DNA of 62,865 bases, the filler included. It is 6 parts of 6 records of this genome, joined end to end, with 100 filler letters (N's around TTAATTAATTAA, not from the genome) between each part and the next. Parts side by side here need not be neighbours in the genome. Positions count along the whole stretch, not along the records: positions 1 to 5,986 come from DRR723986_81000; positions 6,087 to 12,067 come from DRR723986_83260; 4 more parts are not named here. The stretch is one strand, 5' to 3'. Position 1 is the first letter of the stretch; every line of letters begins with the position of its first letter. The notes beneath the pieces were generated by a model, which was not told where the DNA came from, searched no databases, and saw nothing but the letters and a program-made list of their open reading frames with translations. Positions 1 through 8,663 of the stretch are shown here, in pieces. The translations under genes were made by a program, and so were the position numbers.

Positions 1-131
1 TATCCGGCGTTCGCTAATCCCTGACGCAAATGTAGGTCCTAAGCCCCTGCAAAAAGGGGGGGATTACCCTCTGACAACAGAGATGCATTCAGTATTGGGA
101 GGCAAAAGCAACTTGGCCTTCTCACGTCGGG

Positions 132-824
132 TTGCCTAGAATAGCATCGGGAGCGGCACAAATACTCCACGGGTCCATGTTGCCAGAAAAATATTCAGAT
201 CGGGAAGAGTTTTTTGAAGAGGCGTTTCGCGCTCTAGAGATGACATGTGGCGGCCAACCAAATCCGCAACATGTGAGACGACTGCACGAGTATTTATTTA
301 CCCTCTTTTGTTCTAGCTATGAGAGCAGACAAGAAGGCTCACCTTCGACGTTGGCCAAGACCGCGCAAGAACTTCAAAGATATCTCGATAAACTCAACAA
401 TCGCTCCGGCCTATCAGATCATGTTTCTATAAAGAGCTTTCTCGCGCTGAGCGAGACAGCACAGGCCCTTGTAGCTTCCATGATCGCGTTAGAGACACAC
501 CAGCTGATTGATAGTTTTTATGACATCGATTTCAGCAATCAGGCGCATTTTGATGCTCTAAAACATGCGGTGGCCCGCGCCCGAGATCAGATCTCGCGCA
601 ATGTAGGAAGACCAAGCGATGACTGTCTAGATCAGTTCTACTTCAACATCACAACGTTTGCCCACGATGAACTTGGAGCCGATATTAGGGTCCGCAATCA
701 TCACAAAGGCGGTCCCGTGACACCGTTTGAACGGATGATTGTAGCAGGACACCGATTGACCGACATCACAATCAGTTATCATGGCATCGTCAAACGCTAT
801 GCCGCAGCAATGAAGCGCCGATAG
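132..824 (+). CDS. Hypothetical protein in the mobile element (start uncertain; ATG at 177 is an alternative)
   Basis: 230-codon ORF with helical composition, co-oriented with the downstream excisionase/recombinase genes. No family recognised. Confidence 0.6.
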   Translation: MPRIASGAAQILHGSMLPEKYSDREEFFEEAFRALEMTCGGQPNPQHVRRLHEYLFTLFCSSYESRQEGSPSTLAKTAQELQRYLDKLNNRSGLSDHVSIKSFLALSETAQALVASMIALETHQLIDSFYDIDFSNQAHFDALKHAVARARDQISRNVGRPSDDCLDQFYFNITTFAHDELGADIRVRNHHKGGPVTPFERMIVAGHRLTDITISYHGIVKRYAAAMKRR

Positions 825-895
825 GTCTCCATAAGGAAAAGCCGGGGAAATTTCGGGCTTAGATTTTGTCACCTCAAAGATGTCTCCGTCTTTGT

Positions 896-1093
896 ATGAC
901 CAAAGCGTTTCCACATTCTTTGCCCTCCGAGCATCCAGCGCCAGCTAATCTTTCAGCCGGGCTCGCAACGTTGGCCGAGTTGATCGCGCGCCATTGCGCA
1001 AGGGCGGATTTTGCGAACGGAAGGTCCCAACATTCAGATGGAGGATCTGCCGATGAGCAGTTCAAAACCCATCCGCCTGCTCACGATCAGTGA
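896..1093 (+). CDS. Possible small hypothetical protein
   Basis: In-frame ATG at 896. The LAELIARHCARADF helix resembles small proteins I recall upstream of alphaproteobacterial recombinase genes. Overlaps the excisionase start by 41 nt. Confidence 0.35.
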   Translation: MTKAFPHSLPSEHPAPANLSAGLATLAELIARHCARADFANGRSQHSDGGSADEQFKTHPPAHDQ

Positions 1094-1247
1094 GGCGGCG
1101 GAGTATCTCGCTATATCCGAGCGCTCAATCAAGCGCCTCATCGCGCGCGGTGATATGCCCTGCATTCGTGTGGGCTGTGCCTTGCGGTTTGCCTTTGCAG
1201 ACCTTGAGGCCTTCATCGCCCGCAACCGCTCAGGGGGGATGTCCTGA
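1053..1247 (+). CDS. Excisionase-like HTH DNA-binding protein (HTH_17/MerR-like)
   Basis: LLTISEAAEYLAISERSIKRLIARGDMPCIRVG..LRF...DLEAFI matches the Xis-like pattern. GGAGG SD at 1040-1044 precedes ATG 1053. Confidence 0.88.
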   Translation: MSSSKPIRLLTISEAAEYLAISERSIKRLIARGDMPCIRVGCALRFAFADLEAFIARNRSGGMS

Positions 1248-1433
1248 TGACCCTGAATGTCCCCTTAGGGTCTGCTTTGACCCTCGGCCACGCGTTGTCG
1301 TGCAAATCTATATGTTGTTATCATCACTATCATTTGCGGCATATTTGCACTATATATAGCATTTTGCCTCGGGTGGCTTCACGTGGCCCAAACTGTCCTG
1401 CATCTTCCTTCACGTCTTGTTGGAGTAACCGCT

Positions 1434-3230
1434 ATGACTATGCATAACCCGTTCTTTGACGCCAATCAGATGAGCTTGGCTGAGCTGCGCGAACGTATCG
1501 AAGCGGACCATGAGCTATCCGTGTATAAGCGCCGCGATATCGCTTCCGCCTGCCGCAGCTTGGCGGAGTGGTTCCACTTGCCTGAGACCAGCATCCCAGC
1601 CTCTGCGCCTTACATCCGAGAGAAGATTGAGCGTGTGCATCCAACCTTGATCAATGTGACGCAGCGCCGTGTGCAAAATGTGCGGTCTTTGATCTTAAGC
1701 GCGATGCGGCATCTGAAGATCAACACCAAGCTTGCGCCGACCTCAGCAAAGCTCACGGCTGAGTGGCAGGTGCTATATGATCTTCTGAGTGGCGATACAT
1801 ATCGTAAGTCTGAGCTAAGCCGCTTTATGCGCTACTGCTCAAACCAAGGGATCGCACCTAATTCGATCTCTGACGTTGTATCTGACGGCTATCTTGCTGC
1901 ACTAGAGACCGAGAGCCTGATCAAACACCCCCGCGTGCGGCATCAATCGACCTGCCGTGTCTGGAACCAAATGGCGGATAAGCACCGCAGTGTGGGCTGG
2001 CCACAGGTTACACTTAAGGTGCCCCGCTATGAAGACAGGCTCTACGCCATCGACTGGTCTCTCGTCTCTGATTCTGTGAAGGCGGATATCGATGCCTATC
2101 TAGCTCACCTTGCCAGCAAGGATGTCTTCAGCAAGGGTTTGAAGAAGCCCTTTGCGCCAATCAGCATCAATGCCGTGCGGGGGCAGCTGCATCGTTACAT
2201 CTCTGCGCTTTCTCACAAGGGCGTAGATGTAAGCGGCGCTCAGTCCCTCCGCGATCTAGTCACGCCCGCCATGTTTGAGACTGGCATCAACTGGTTTCTG
2301 GAACGCAATGGAGGCGAGACCTCAAAGCATATCGGCGAGCTTGCCTGGAGCGTGCGCTGTTACGCCGTAAAGCACTGTGATCCATCGGATGAAGATGTGG
2401 CCTTCTTTGCAGAGCATATGCCCAAACTGCGTCTCTCCCATGACGGGCTATCCGCGAAGAATGCTGCCTCTATGCATCAATTTGATGATCCAAAGGCCGT
2501 ACTGCGCTTCCTCACGTTGCCTCAAGTGCTCTGGGACAGAGCCCTTTCCATGTCCAAGACAGTTGAGCAAGGCAGTGTACGCAAGGATGCGCATCTCTTG
2601 ATACAAGCCGCCGTAGCCATCGAGATTCTGCAGTTCGCGCCGATGCGGATCCGCAATCTCAATGCTCTGCGCCTCGATCAGCACCTTATCTGGTATGACA
2701 AATGTCTGCGCATTATCGTGCCTGTAGAAGAGGTGAAGAACAAGGTCGCGCTCGACTTCCTCTTGCCAGAGGCCACAACAGAGCGGGTGAAGCGCTATAT
2801 CGATGACTGGCGCATGATGTTCACCCCTGGCGCGAGCCCCTATCTCTTCCCTGGACGCAAGGGGGCTGCAAAGGACTGCTCTGCCTTACGCAAGCTCATC
2901 ACGAACACGCTCTGGTCCCATGCCGCGATCCGTCTAACCCCGCACCAGTTTCGTCATGCAGCGGCCAAGCTCCTGCTAGACCGCCTGCCCGGCCATTATG
3001 AGGTCGTGCGTAAGCTTCTGGGACATAAGGCGCTCACCACCACCTATGCGCATTATGCGGGCGCTGAGACACAAAAGGCGATCGAGCTTTACGGTGAAGT
3101 GATCACAAAGACCCGGCGGGATGGTGTGGTCCAAGCCTTTAAAGAGCATAAACAAAACCCAAAGCGTCATGAGGATCTGTTCATAGATCCGTTGGCTCTT
3201 ATGGGCAAGCCAAAGCGGAGTGCGTCATGA
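1434..3230 (+). CDS. Tyrosine recombinase/integrase, large (~598 aa) with extended N-terminus
   Basis: Catalytic motifs APMRIRNL (R), VKNK (K), PHQFRH (HxxR), LLGH...TTYAHY (H, Y). GGAG SD at 1422-1425 precedes ATG 1434. Confidence 0.9.
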   Translation: MTMHNPFFDANQMSLAELRERIEADHELSVYKRRDIASACRSLAEWFHLPETSIPASAPYIREKIERVHPTLINVTQRRVQNVRSLILSAMRHLKINTKLAPTSAKLTAEWQVLYDLLSGDTYRKSELSRFMRYCSNQGIAPNSISDVVSDGYLAALETESLIKHPRVRHQSTCRVWNQMADKHRSVGWPQVTLKVPRYEDRLYAIDWSLVSDSVKADIDAYLAHLASKDVFSKGLKKPFAPISINAVRGQLHRYISALSHKGVDVSGAQSLRDLVTPAMFETGINWFLERNGGETSKHIGELAWSVRCYAVKHCDPSDEDVAFFAEHMPKLRLSHDGLSAKNAASMHQFDDPKAVLRFLTLPQVLWDRALSMSKTVEQGSVRKDAHLLIQAAVAIEILQFAPMRIRNLNALRLDQHLIWYDKCLRIIVPVEEVKNKVALDFLLPEATTERVKRYIDDWRMMFTPGASPYLFPGRKGAAKDCSALRKLITNTLWSHAAIRLTPHQFRHAAAKLLLDRLPGHYEVVRKLLGHKALTTTYAHYAGAETQKAIELYGEVITKTRRDGVVQAFKEHKQNPKRHEDLFIDPLALMGKPKRSAS

Positions 3231-4357
3231 GCAAGATCGAACGCACCTCCCTGCCTGTTACAGACTGGCCCGAGCAAGACCAAAGGCTCTGGCAATCCGC
3301 CACTGAACCAGGCCGTTACTTCAAAAAGGCAGGCAAAGCTTCTCATTGGTCTGAGGTCACTAAGCTGCAGGTCCAAAAGAGCTATGCCAAATGGCTCTGG
3401 TATCTGCAGAGCTGCGGCCTGCTTGATCCTGCCGCCTTCCCATCTGAGCGCATCTCAGAGCAATATCTGCGCGGATACCTCGCTGAGCTGGACCATCAGG
3501 GTGTGGCCAGTGTAACCATAACCTCGCGCATCACCGATCTGACGGAAGCCATCCGCGTGATGGAGGCAAAGGCTGATCTGACCTTGTTGCGGGATCTCTG
3601 CTCCCGACTGAACGCGCGCGCTGTACCTTCTCGCAAAAAGGCAGAGCGCCTACGAGCCCCCTCAGAGATCTGGGAGGCCGCTGCTGCAGAGATGTGGTCG
3701 ATCAGGTCAGAAGGCACCCTTACCATCCAATCAGCCTCACGCTTCCGCGATGCGATGTCTGTGGCCTTCCTGATCTGGTCGCCCATCCGGCTTAGCAATC
3801 TGCAATCCCTGACCCTAGGTGAGACAATTACCTTCGCAGGCGCCCTCTGGCGCTGCAGCTTTGCTGCACATCAGATGAAGGACAAGACGCCCTTGGACTT
3901 CTATCTTCCACAGGACGAAGAGTATCGCTCGCTCATGCAGCTCTATCTCCGCCGATACAGGCAGAAGCTTCTCCGGCAGCCGGAGTTGCCCATTGGCGCC
4001 CCTCTGCCCTTAAGCGGTCCGCTCTGGATATCCACCCGTGCAGAGGCCATGTCAGGCCAATCCCTTTATTACGGCTGCAAGCGCTGCACCAAGGCCACCC
4101 TTGGCACGGCCATAAACCCGCATCTCTTCCGAGACTGCGCCGCCAGCGCCCTCACAGCCGACAAACCAGAATATGTGCTCGCCGCAGCGCGCATTCTCAA
4201 TCACAACCAGCTCTCGACCACCCTCACCCATTATGAGCATGCCTCCATGATCCAGGCCGCCTCCCGTCTCCATGACGTCATCGGCCAAATCATCGATGAA
4301 GCCGGTGAAGGAGACGATGTGTTCAAGGCTCTCTTCGACAAATGGGGGGATGAGTGA
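3227..4357 (+). CDS. Second tyrosine recombinase (376 aa)
   Basis: SPIRLSNL (R), MKDK (K), PHLFRD (HxxR), ILNH...TTLTHY (H, Y). ATGA overlap with the upstream integrase at 3227-3230. Confidence 0.88.
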   Translation: MSKIERTSLPVTDWPEQDQRLWQSATEPGRYFKKAGKASHWSEVTKLQVQKSYAKWLWYLQSCGLLDPAAFPSERISEQYLRGYLAELDHQGVASVTITSRITDLTEAIRVMEAKADLTLLRDLCSRLNARAVPSRKKAERLRAPSEIWEAAAAEMWSIRSEGTLTIQSASRFRDAMSVAFLIWSPIRLSNLQSLTLGETITFAGALWRCSFAAHQMKDKTPLDFYLPQDEEYRSLMQLYLRRYRQKLLRQPELPIGAPLPLSGPLWISTRAEAMSGQSLYYGCKRCTKATLGTAINPHLFRDCAASALTADKPEYVLAAARILNHNQLSTTLTHYEHASMIQAASRLHDVIGQIIDEAGEGDDVFKALFDKWGDE

Positions 4358-5986
4358 TGCGCGTTGCTGTCTATGCCCGTTTCTCCACTGATATGCAGCG
4401 CGATAAGTCCATCGAAGATCAGGAGCGTGTTTGTTTGCGACTGATCGCGAGCAGGGGATGGTCACATGTCAAAACATTCGCCGATCGCGGACTCTCAGGC
4501 GCCTCCAATACGCGTCCCGGATATCAAGAGCTACTTGGATTTGTCAGAGAAGGCGGCTGTGATGTCGTGGTGGCCGAAAGTATCGATCGTCTTAGTCGAG
4601 ACCAAGAACACATCGCTGGCTTTTATAAAGCGATGGCATTCCAAGGCGTGGTGATTTGCACTGTAGCTGAGGGGGTCATCAACGAACTGCACATTGGCCT
4701 GAAGGGCACAATGTCAGCCTTGTATCTTAAAGACCTCGCACAGAAAACAAAGCGCGGCCTGGAGGGGCGCATTGCAAAAGGCAAAAGTGGCGGTGGTAAT
4801 GCCTATGGTTATTCAGTCGTTCCGGGCGATGAGCGCGGCGACCGAATAATCGATGGAAGCGAAGCACGAATAGTTCGCCGGATTTTCGAAGAGTTCGCCA
4901 ACGGTAAATCACCCAAGCAAATTGCAAGGGACTTAAACCGAGATGGCATAACTGCGCCGAGAACACGTCTGTGGCGTGACAGTGCAATACGGGGCCATGT
5001 TCAGCGTGGAACGGGTATTCTCAACAACGAACTCTACATCGGTCGATTGGTTTGGAACCGCCAGAGGTACATCAAGGACCCAGAGACTGGGAAGCGCGTC
5101 TCACGCCGCAACGCCGAACACGAGATCCAGATCACCGCCGTCCCGCACTTGCGAATTGTAGACGACGAGCTCTGGAGGCGCGTAAAGCAACGCCAGAAGG
5201 AGATTTGGCCCAATCAGAAGCGCTCGCCACAAAAGCAACCAGACTTTTGGCAAACTCGACGTCCCCTCCACATCCTGTCCAATAAGACACACTGCAGTCG
5301 CTGCGGGGGGAGGATGGTGTCCGTGGGGCGCGATTATCTTGCATGTAGCAATGCACGGAAGCTACAGACGTGCAGCCAAAGCAAAGGCATCCGCCGCCCA
5401 GATCTGACGACTAAAGTGGTCGAGCTCCTTAATCATGGATTAATGCGCTCCGAGGCGGTGAGGGCATTCATCAACGCCTATCAACGGGAGTTCAACGAAT
5501 TACAAAAACATCGTTTCGCTGCCACCAATGCGCTCAGGGACAATATTGCCGCAGCGAATAAGAAATTGGATGGGCTGTACGATGCAGTGGCTGATGGAAT
5601 ACGCAGCGAAGGCATAGTGGCGCGGATTAGCGAGCTTGAAGCACGCGTGAAGGAACTCAGAGCCGCCCAAGAACAGCAAGTAGAGCCATCGCCTGTTCTA
5701 ATGCATCCAAACCTTGCAGAGGCGTATCAACGGAAACTCGGTCAACTCACCAGCATGCTGAATGACCCCGCATTCGCGTCAGAAGCCATTCCTTTAATAC
5801 GCGAGTTGATCGACCGAGTTGACCTGCGCCACACTGCTGAGGGATGGGAAGTCGAACTTTACGGCCAGTTGGCAGCATTGTTCAATGTCGCTTTATCAGA
5901 AAGAAAAAAAGCCCACCCTTCGACGGATGAGCCTGGTTTCATTAGTTCGACAAAAGTGGTTGCGGGGGTAGGATTTGAACCTACGA
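4357..5986 (+). CDS. Large serine recombinase (resolvase + recombinase + zinc-ribbon + coiled coil); no stop before contig end
   Basis: MRVAVYARFS catalytic Ser motif, DRLSR, YIGRLVWNR, CSRCGG...YLAC...C zinc ribbon. TGATG overlap with the upstream gene at 4355-4359. Confidence 0.93.
5904..5932 (-). terminator. Rho-independent terminator for the tRNA-fMet, embedded in the recombinase CDS
   Basis: Minus strand reads GCTCATCC-GTCGAA-GGGTGGGC-TTTTTTT: an 8-bp stem with G:U pairs plus U7, 24 nt downstream of the tRNA CCA. Confidence 0.75.
5957..5986 (-). tRNA. 3' part of tRNA-fMet (truncated by contig end); likely att site
   Basis: Reverse complement TCGTAGGTTCAAATCCTACCCCCGCAACCA is a T-arm, acceptor 3' strand and CCA typical of proteobacterial initiator tRNA. 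The anticodon is not visible. Confidence 0.8.
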
Positions 5987-6086
5987 NNNNNNNNNNNNNN
6001 NNNNNNNNNNNNNNNNNNNNNNNNNNNNNNTTAATTAATTAANNNNNNNNNNNNNNNNNNNNNNNNNNNNNNNNNNNNNNNNNNNN
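5987..6086. other. Artificial contig spacer (N-run + TTAATTAATTAA + N-run); also at 12068-12167, 26044-26143, 32549-32648 and 55956-56055
   Basis: The same 100-nt linker, with stops in all six frames, occurs five times. Confidence 0.99.
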
Positions 6087-7333
6087 TTGCCAACAGCACT
6101 TTCAACATGAAGCGTGCTGTCATGCCGTAGTAAGATATGCTTAACAATGGCGAGGCCTAGGCCCGTACCACCCATTTTTCGTGAGCGCGCATTGTCAACA
6201 CGATAAAATCTTTCCGTAAGACGGGCTAAGTGGTCTTCGGCTATTCCCGGTCCTTCATCGCGCACAGATATCTTTACTTTTCCGTCAACTTTGCCTGCAA
6301 CTACATCAAGAAAAACCGTAGTATTTCTGTCGGCGTATTTAGCCGCATTCACAGTAAGATTGATTAATACCTGCATCAATTGGTCGGGGTCAGCAATGGC
6401 ATAGTCCAGTCCAGGTTCTATTTTTGTTACAAAGGACATCCCACGTTCTTTACCAACAGCGGAGGCCGTCAGCACAACGCTACTGATCATCGTAGATAAA
6501 TTTACGTTGTTGTTGGGGGCTTCATGGCGAGACATTTCAATTCGAGAAAGAGAAAGCAAGTCATCTATAAGCCGAACCATCCGTTCAGTCTCTGTTTGCA
6601 TTATGCCTAAGAAGCGCTCCCTGGCAGGGGGGTCATTTTTAGCAGGGCCCTGTAATGTTTCGATGAAACCGATCACAGAGGATAGGGGTGTACGCAGTTC
6701 ATGGCTTGCGTTGGCAACAAAATCCACACGCATTTGCTCTGTTTGCAGCAAGCTGGTAACTTCATAGAAAAAGGCCATTGCCTGGGTGGGTACTTTTTTT
6801 GAACCTGTCCCAGATACGCGGGAGATAGTAACGTCAAAACTGCGTTTTTGTGCGTTTTCATAGCGAATCACGCCAGCGTATTTTTCTCCATCGATGAATA
6901 TTTTTTGTATCGCTTCCACGATTTTGGATTGCCGTAGATATTTATGGACATCATTTCCAGCAATCTCATCACCAATCAGTTCTTTCGCGGCATTATTTGC
7001 AAAAGATATTCTGTGGTCTTCACCAATGATTAGAATTGGCAGAGGAACGGCATGTAGCGTGTTGGCACGCACCGATTTTATGCCGCCACTTCTCCGTGTT
7101 GTGATGATAGATTTCGCTGTATCATTATCTTCATTAGGCAAGCCTGCCGTTTTGTCTAGTGTGTCAATGCCGAGTATCAATATGCTAATCACTGCAAATG
7201 TTACAACCGCGGCGACTATTGTCATCATTCCGATTAGCCAAAAAGAAATGAGAATGATGAAAAGTATAGCGATTATCATTGGCCTGGTTAATAGGCTTTG
7301 CACAGTATATTTGGAAGGGTCAGATAAGGGCAT
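6087..7333 (-). CDS. phoR: Phosphate regulon sensor histidine kinase PhoR-like (C-terminus truncated)
   Basis: N-terminal TM helices, PAS region, DFVANASHELRTPL H-box, NAAKY N-box, DEGPGI, ERFYRVD..RSR..GGTGLGLAIVKH. Confidence 0.88.
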
Positions 7334-7482
7334 TCTATGTACTCGCAAGTAGCGCTGAATGAAGTAAACAATGGGTTATAGCAGTAATACCTAGCAATAT
7401 TACTTCTTGATGACACTTTTTTGTCGCTTGAGATTAAAATTTTATTAGGTAAATCATAACAATATAGCGTATTGTGACTTCG

Positions 7483-7499
7483 TTGGTTGGGGTTTTGCT
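7483..7499 (+). promoter_or_regulatory. Possible sigma-54 (-24/-12) promoter upstream of the RRE-kinase cassette
   Basis: TTGG-TTGGGGTTTT-GCT gives exact GG-N10-GC spacing (GG 7485-7486, GC 7497-7498) with a TTGCT -12 box. The CAC after GG is not conserved. Confidence 0.35.
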
Positions 7500-7551
7500 C
7501 GCGAAAGCGCGGTCGAAATAAATATTATGACATTTTTACAATGGATATGTT

Positions 7552-8322
7552 GTGACTGAAAAACCAATATTACCTGATACATCGGGAAGTGACACCGACG
7601 CTGAGGAAAGTGACTCAACGCGGCGGATAAAGGAACGCCGACATTTGTTAATGCTCGGTGCTGCCGGGCTTCCTATGATGTTGACGCTGAAGGCGTCTGC
7701 CCGTGAAGTGTTGATATCCCAATTAAAATGTACAGTGAAGCTGCCTCGCAGAATGCGAATTTTGGTGGACTGTGATGGCGCTGCGTGGGTTGGTACGCGC
7801 AACATAGAATACAAAAATGGTAAAGGTTTCAAAGTATCTGACATTGCGAAATTCAAGGACAAGGCGTCTTATGTGTTTCCTGCGGGTACTGTGCCTAACA
7901 ACTGGCGCCCAGATGTTTGCCCGATCGAGCAGTGTGGCGATGACGACGACGATGATGATGATTTTGATTATGATTATGCCAGCGCGTCTTCAGAGTTAGA
8001 TGAGCTGATGCGGGCTTCTATGTCAGACCAAGCAGACGGTATTATGCTAGCTGCAGCACGCAAAGGCGATGATGACGACGATGATGATGATTGTGATCCA
8101 GATTGGGTAGATTCTGGCTATGCATTTTACAATATCGACAAAAATACTATTATTACGCCTGCAGACCATGTCAGTGGTAATAGTTTTAGTGTGCAGAATA
8201 ACAACAATGGTTTGTATATCATTCTATCGTTAGCGTATGAGAGCAGTTATGGAAATGCTGCAGGTTGGCCCGGAATTTCATGCATATTCTCTATTTTAAC
8301 CTATTTGCAAACGCAAAGTTGA
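7552..8322 (+). CDS. Tat-signal-like, Cys- and poly-Asp-containing protein; candidate substrate of the downstream RRE/kinase/NTase
   Basis: ERRHLLMLGAAGLPMMLTLKASA (twin Arg, h-region, AxA), six Cys, two G-D8 tracts, C-terminal GWPGISCIFSI. First gene of the operon. Confidence 0.75.
   Translation: MTEKPILPDTSGSDTDAEESDSTRRIKERRHLLMLGAAGLPMMLTLKASAREVLISQLKCTVKLPRRMRILVDCDGAAWVGTRNIEYKNGKGFKVSDIAKFKDKASYVFPAGTVPNNWRPDVCPIEQCGDDDDDDDDFDYDYASASSELDELMRASMSDQADGIMLAAARKGDDDDDDDDCDPDWVDSGYAFYNIDKNTIITPADHVSGNSFSVQNNNNGLYIILSLAYESSYGNAAGWPGISCIFSILTYLQTQS
7936..8097 (+). repeat. Duplicated 33-nt Gly-Asp8-x-Asp coding unit (7936-7968 and 8065-8097)
   Basis: GGCGATGACGACGACGATGATGATGATTTTGAT versus GGCGATGATGACGACGATGATGATGATTGTGAT: 31/33 identical, 129 nt apart. 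Confidence 0.85.
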
Positions 8323-8354
8323 TTTAAAGAACCTGCTATTGGCATACGTCTGAT

Positions 8355-8663
8355 ATGGCCTCAAAATTAAACACAAATGATGTGCGCTGGCTGTCTGACT
8401 CAAGCCAGTATTTAGCCGTGGAATATGATGATACGCATCTGGTGTATTTTAAACCATCAGGCGACACACACTTTTTAAATTTTCTTTCCTATGGAATGGT
8501 TGATGTAGTATCGACCGGGCCTTTGTCCGAGCAGGAAATATTTCAAGCCGTCCTGTCGCGTTTTTCGCTAACAGCTCAGGAACTGCCTGCAAATTTGATA
8601 ACAATTACGCTAGATGAATTGGATCAGGCCGGGTTAGTTGCGAAAGTGAGCCCGGTGGAATGA
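8355..8663 (+). CDS. PqqD-family peptide chaperone / RiPP recognition element (HPr-rel-A system type)
   Basis: 102 aa. EYDDTHLVYFKPSGDTHFLN beta-strands, then helices ending LDELDQAGLV. Directly upstream of an HprK-related kinase with ATGA overlap. Confidence 0.85.
   Translation: MASKLNTNDVRWLSDSSQYLAVEYDDTHLVYFKPSGDTHFLNFLSYGMVDVVSTGPLSEQEIFQAVLSRFSLTAQELPANLITITLDELDQAGLVAKVSPVE

Larger units (their letters stand above)
132..5986 (+). mobile_element. tRNA-fMet-targeting integrative element (right end; left boundary not in the contig)
   Basis: Xis, two Tyr recombinases and a large Ser recombinase abutting a tRNA 3' end. Confidence 0.8.

Noticed and set aside
1247-1447. 66-aa ORF coupled to the xis stop (TGATG)
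   Set aside because: Odd Cys/His/Ser-rich composition over an AT-rich regulatory-looking patch. It also overlaps the better-supported integrase start at 1434.
6031-6042. Recurrent TTAATTAATTAA palindrome within N-runs
   Set aside because: Artificial six-frame-stop linker. ORF ends that run into it (e.g. 6042, 12119, 32600, 56003) are artefacts.
6894-7352. 152-aa plus-strand ORF and other long antisense ORFs (e.g. 21060-21551, 29798-30319, 52842-53324, 61599-62264)
   Set aside because: They are shadows of well-supported genes on the opposite strand and have no recognisable motifs.
7405-7545. TGTCA-like half-sites upstream of phoR as a Pho box
   Set aside because: No pair of direct repeats with the 11-bp period was found.
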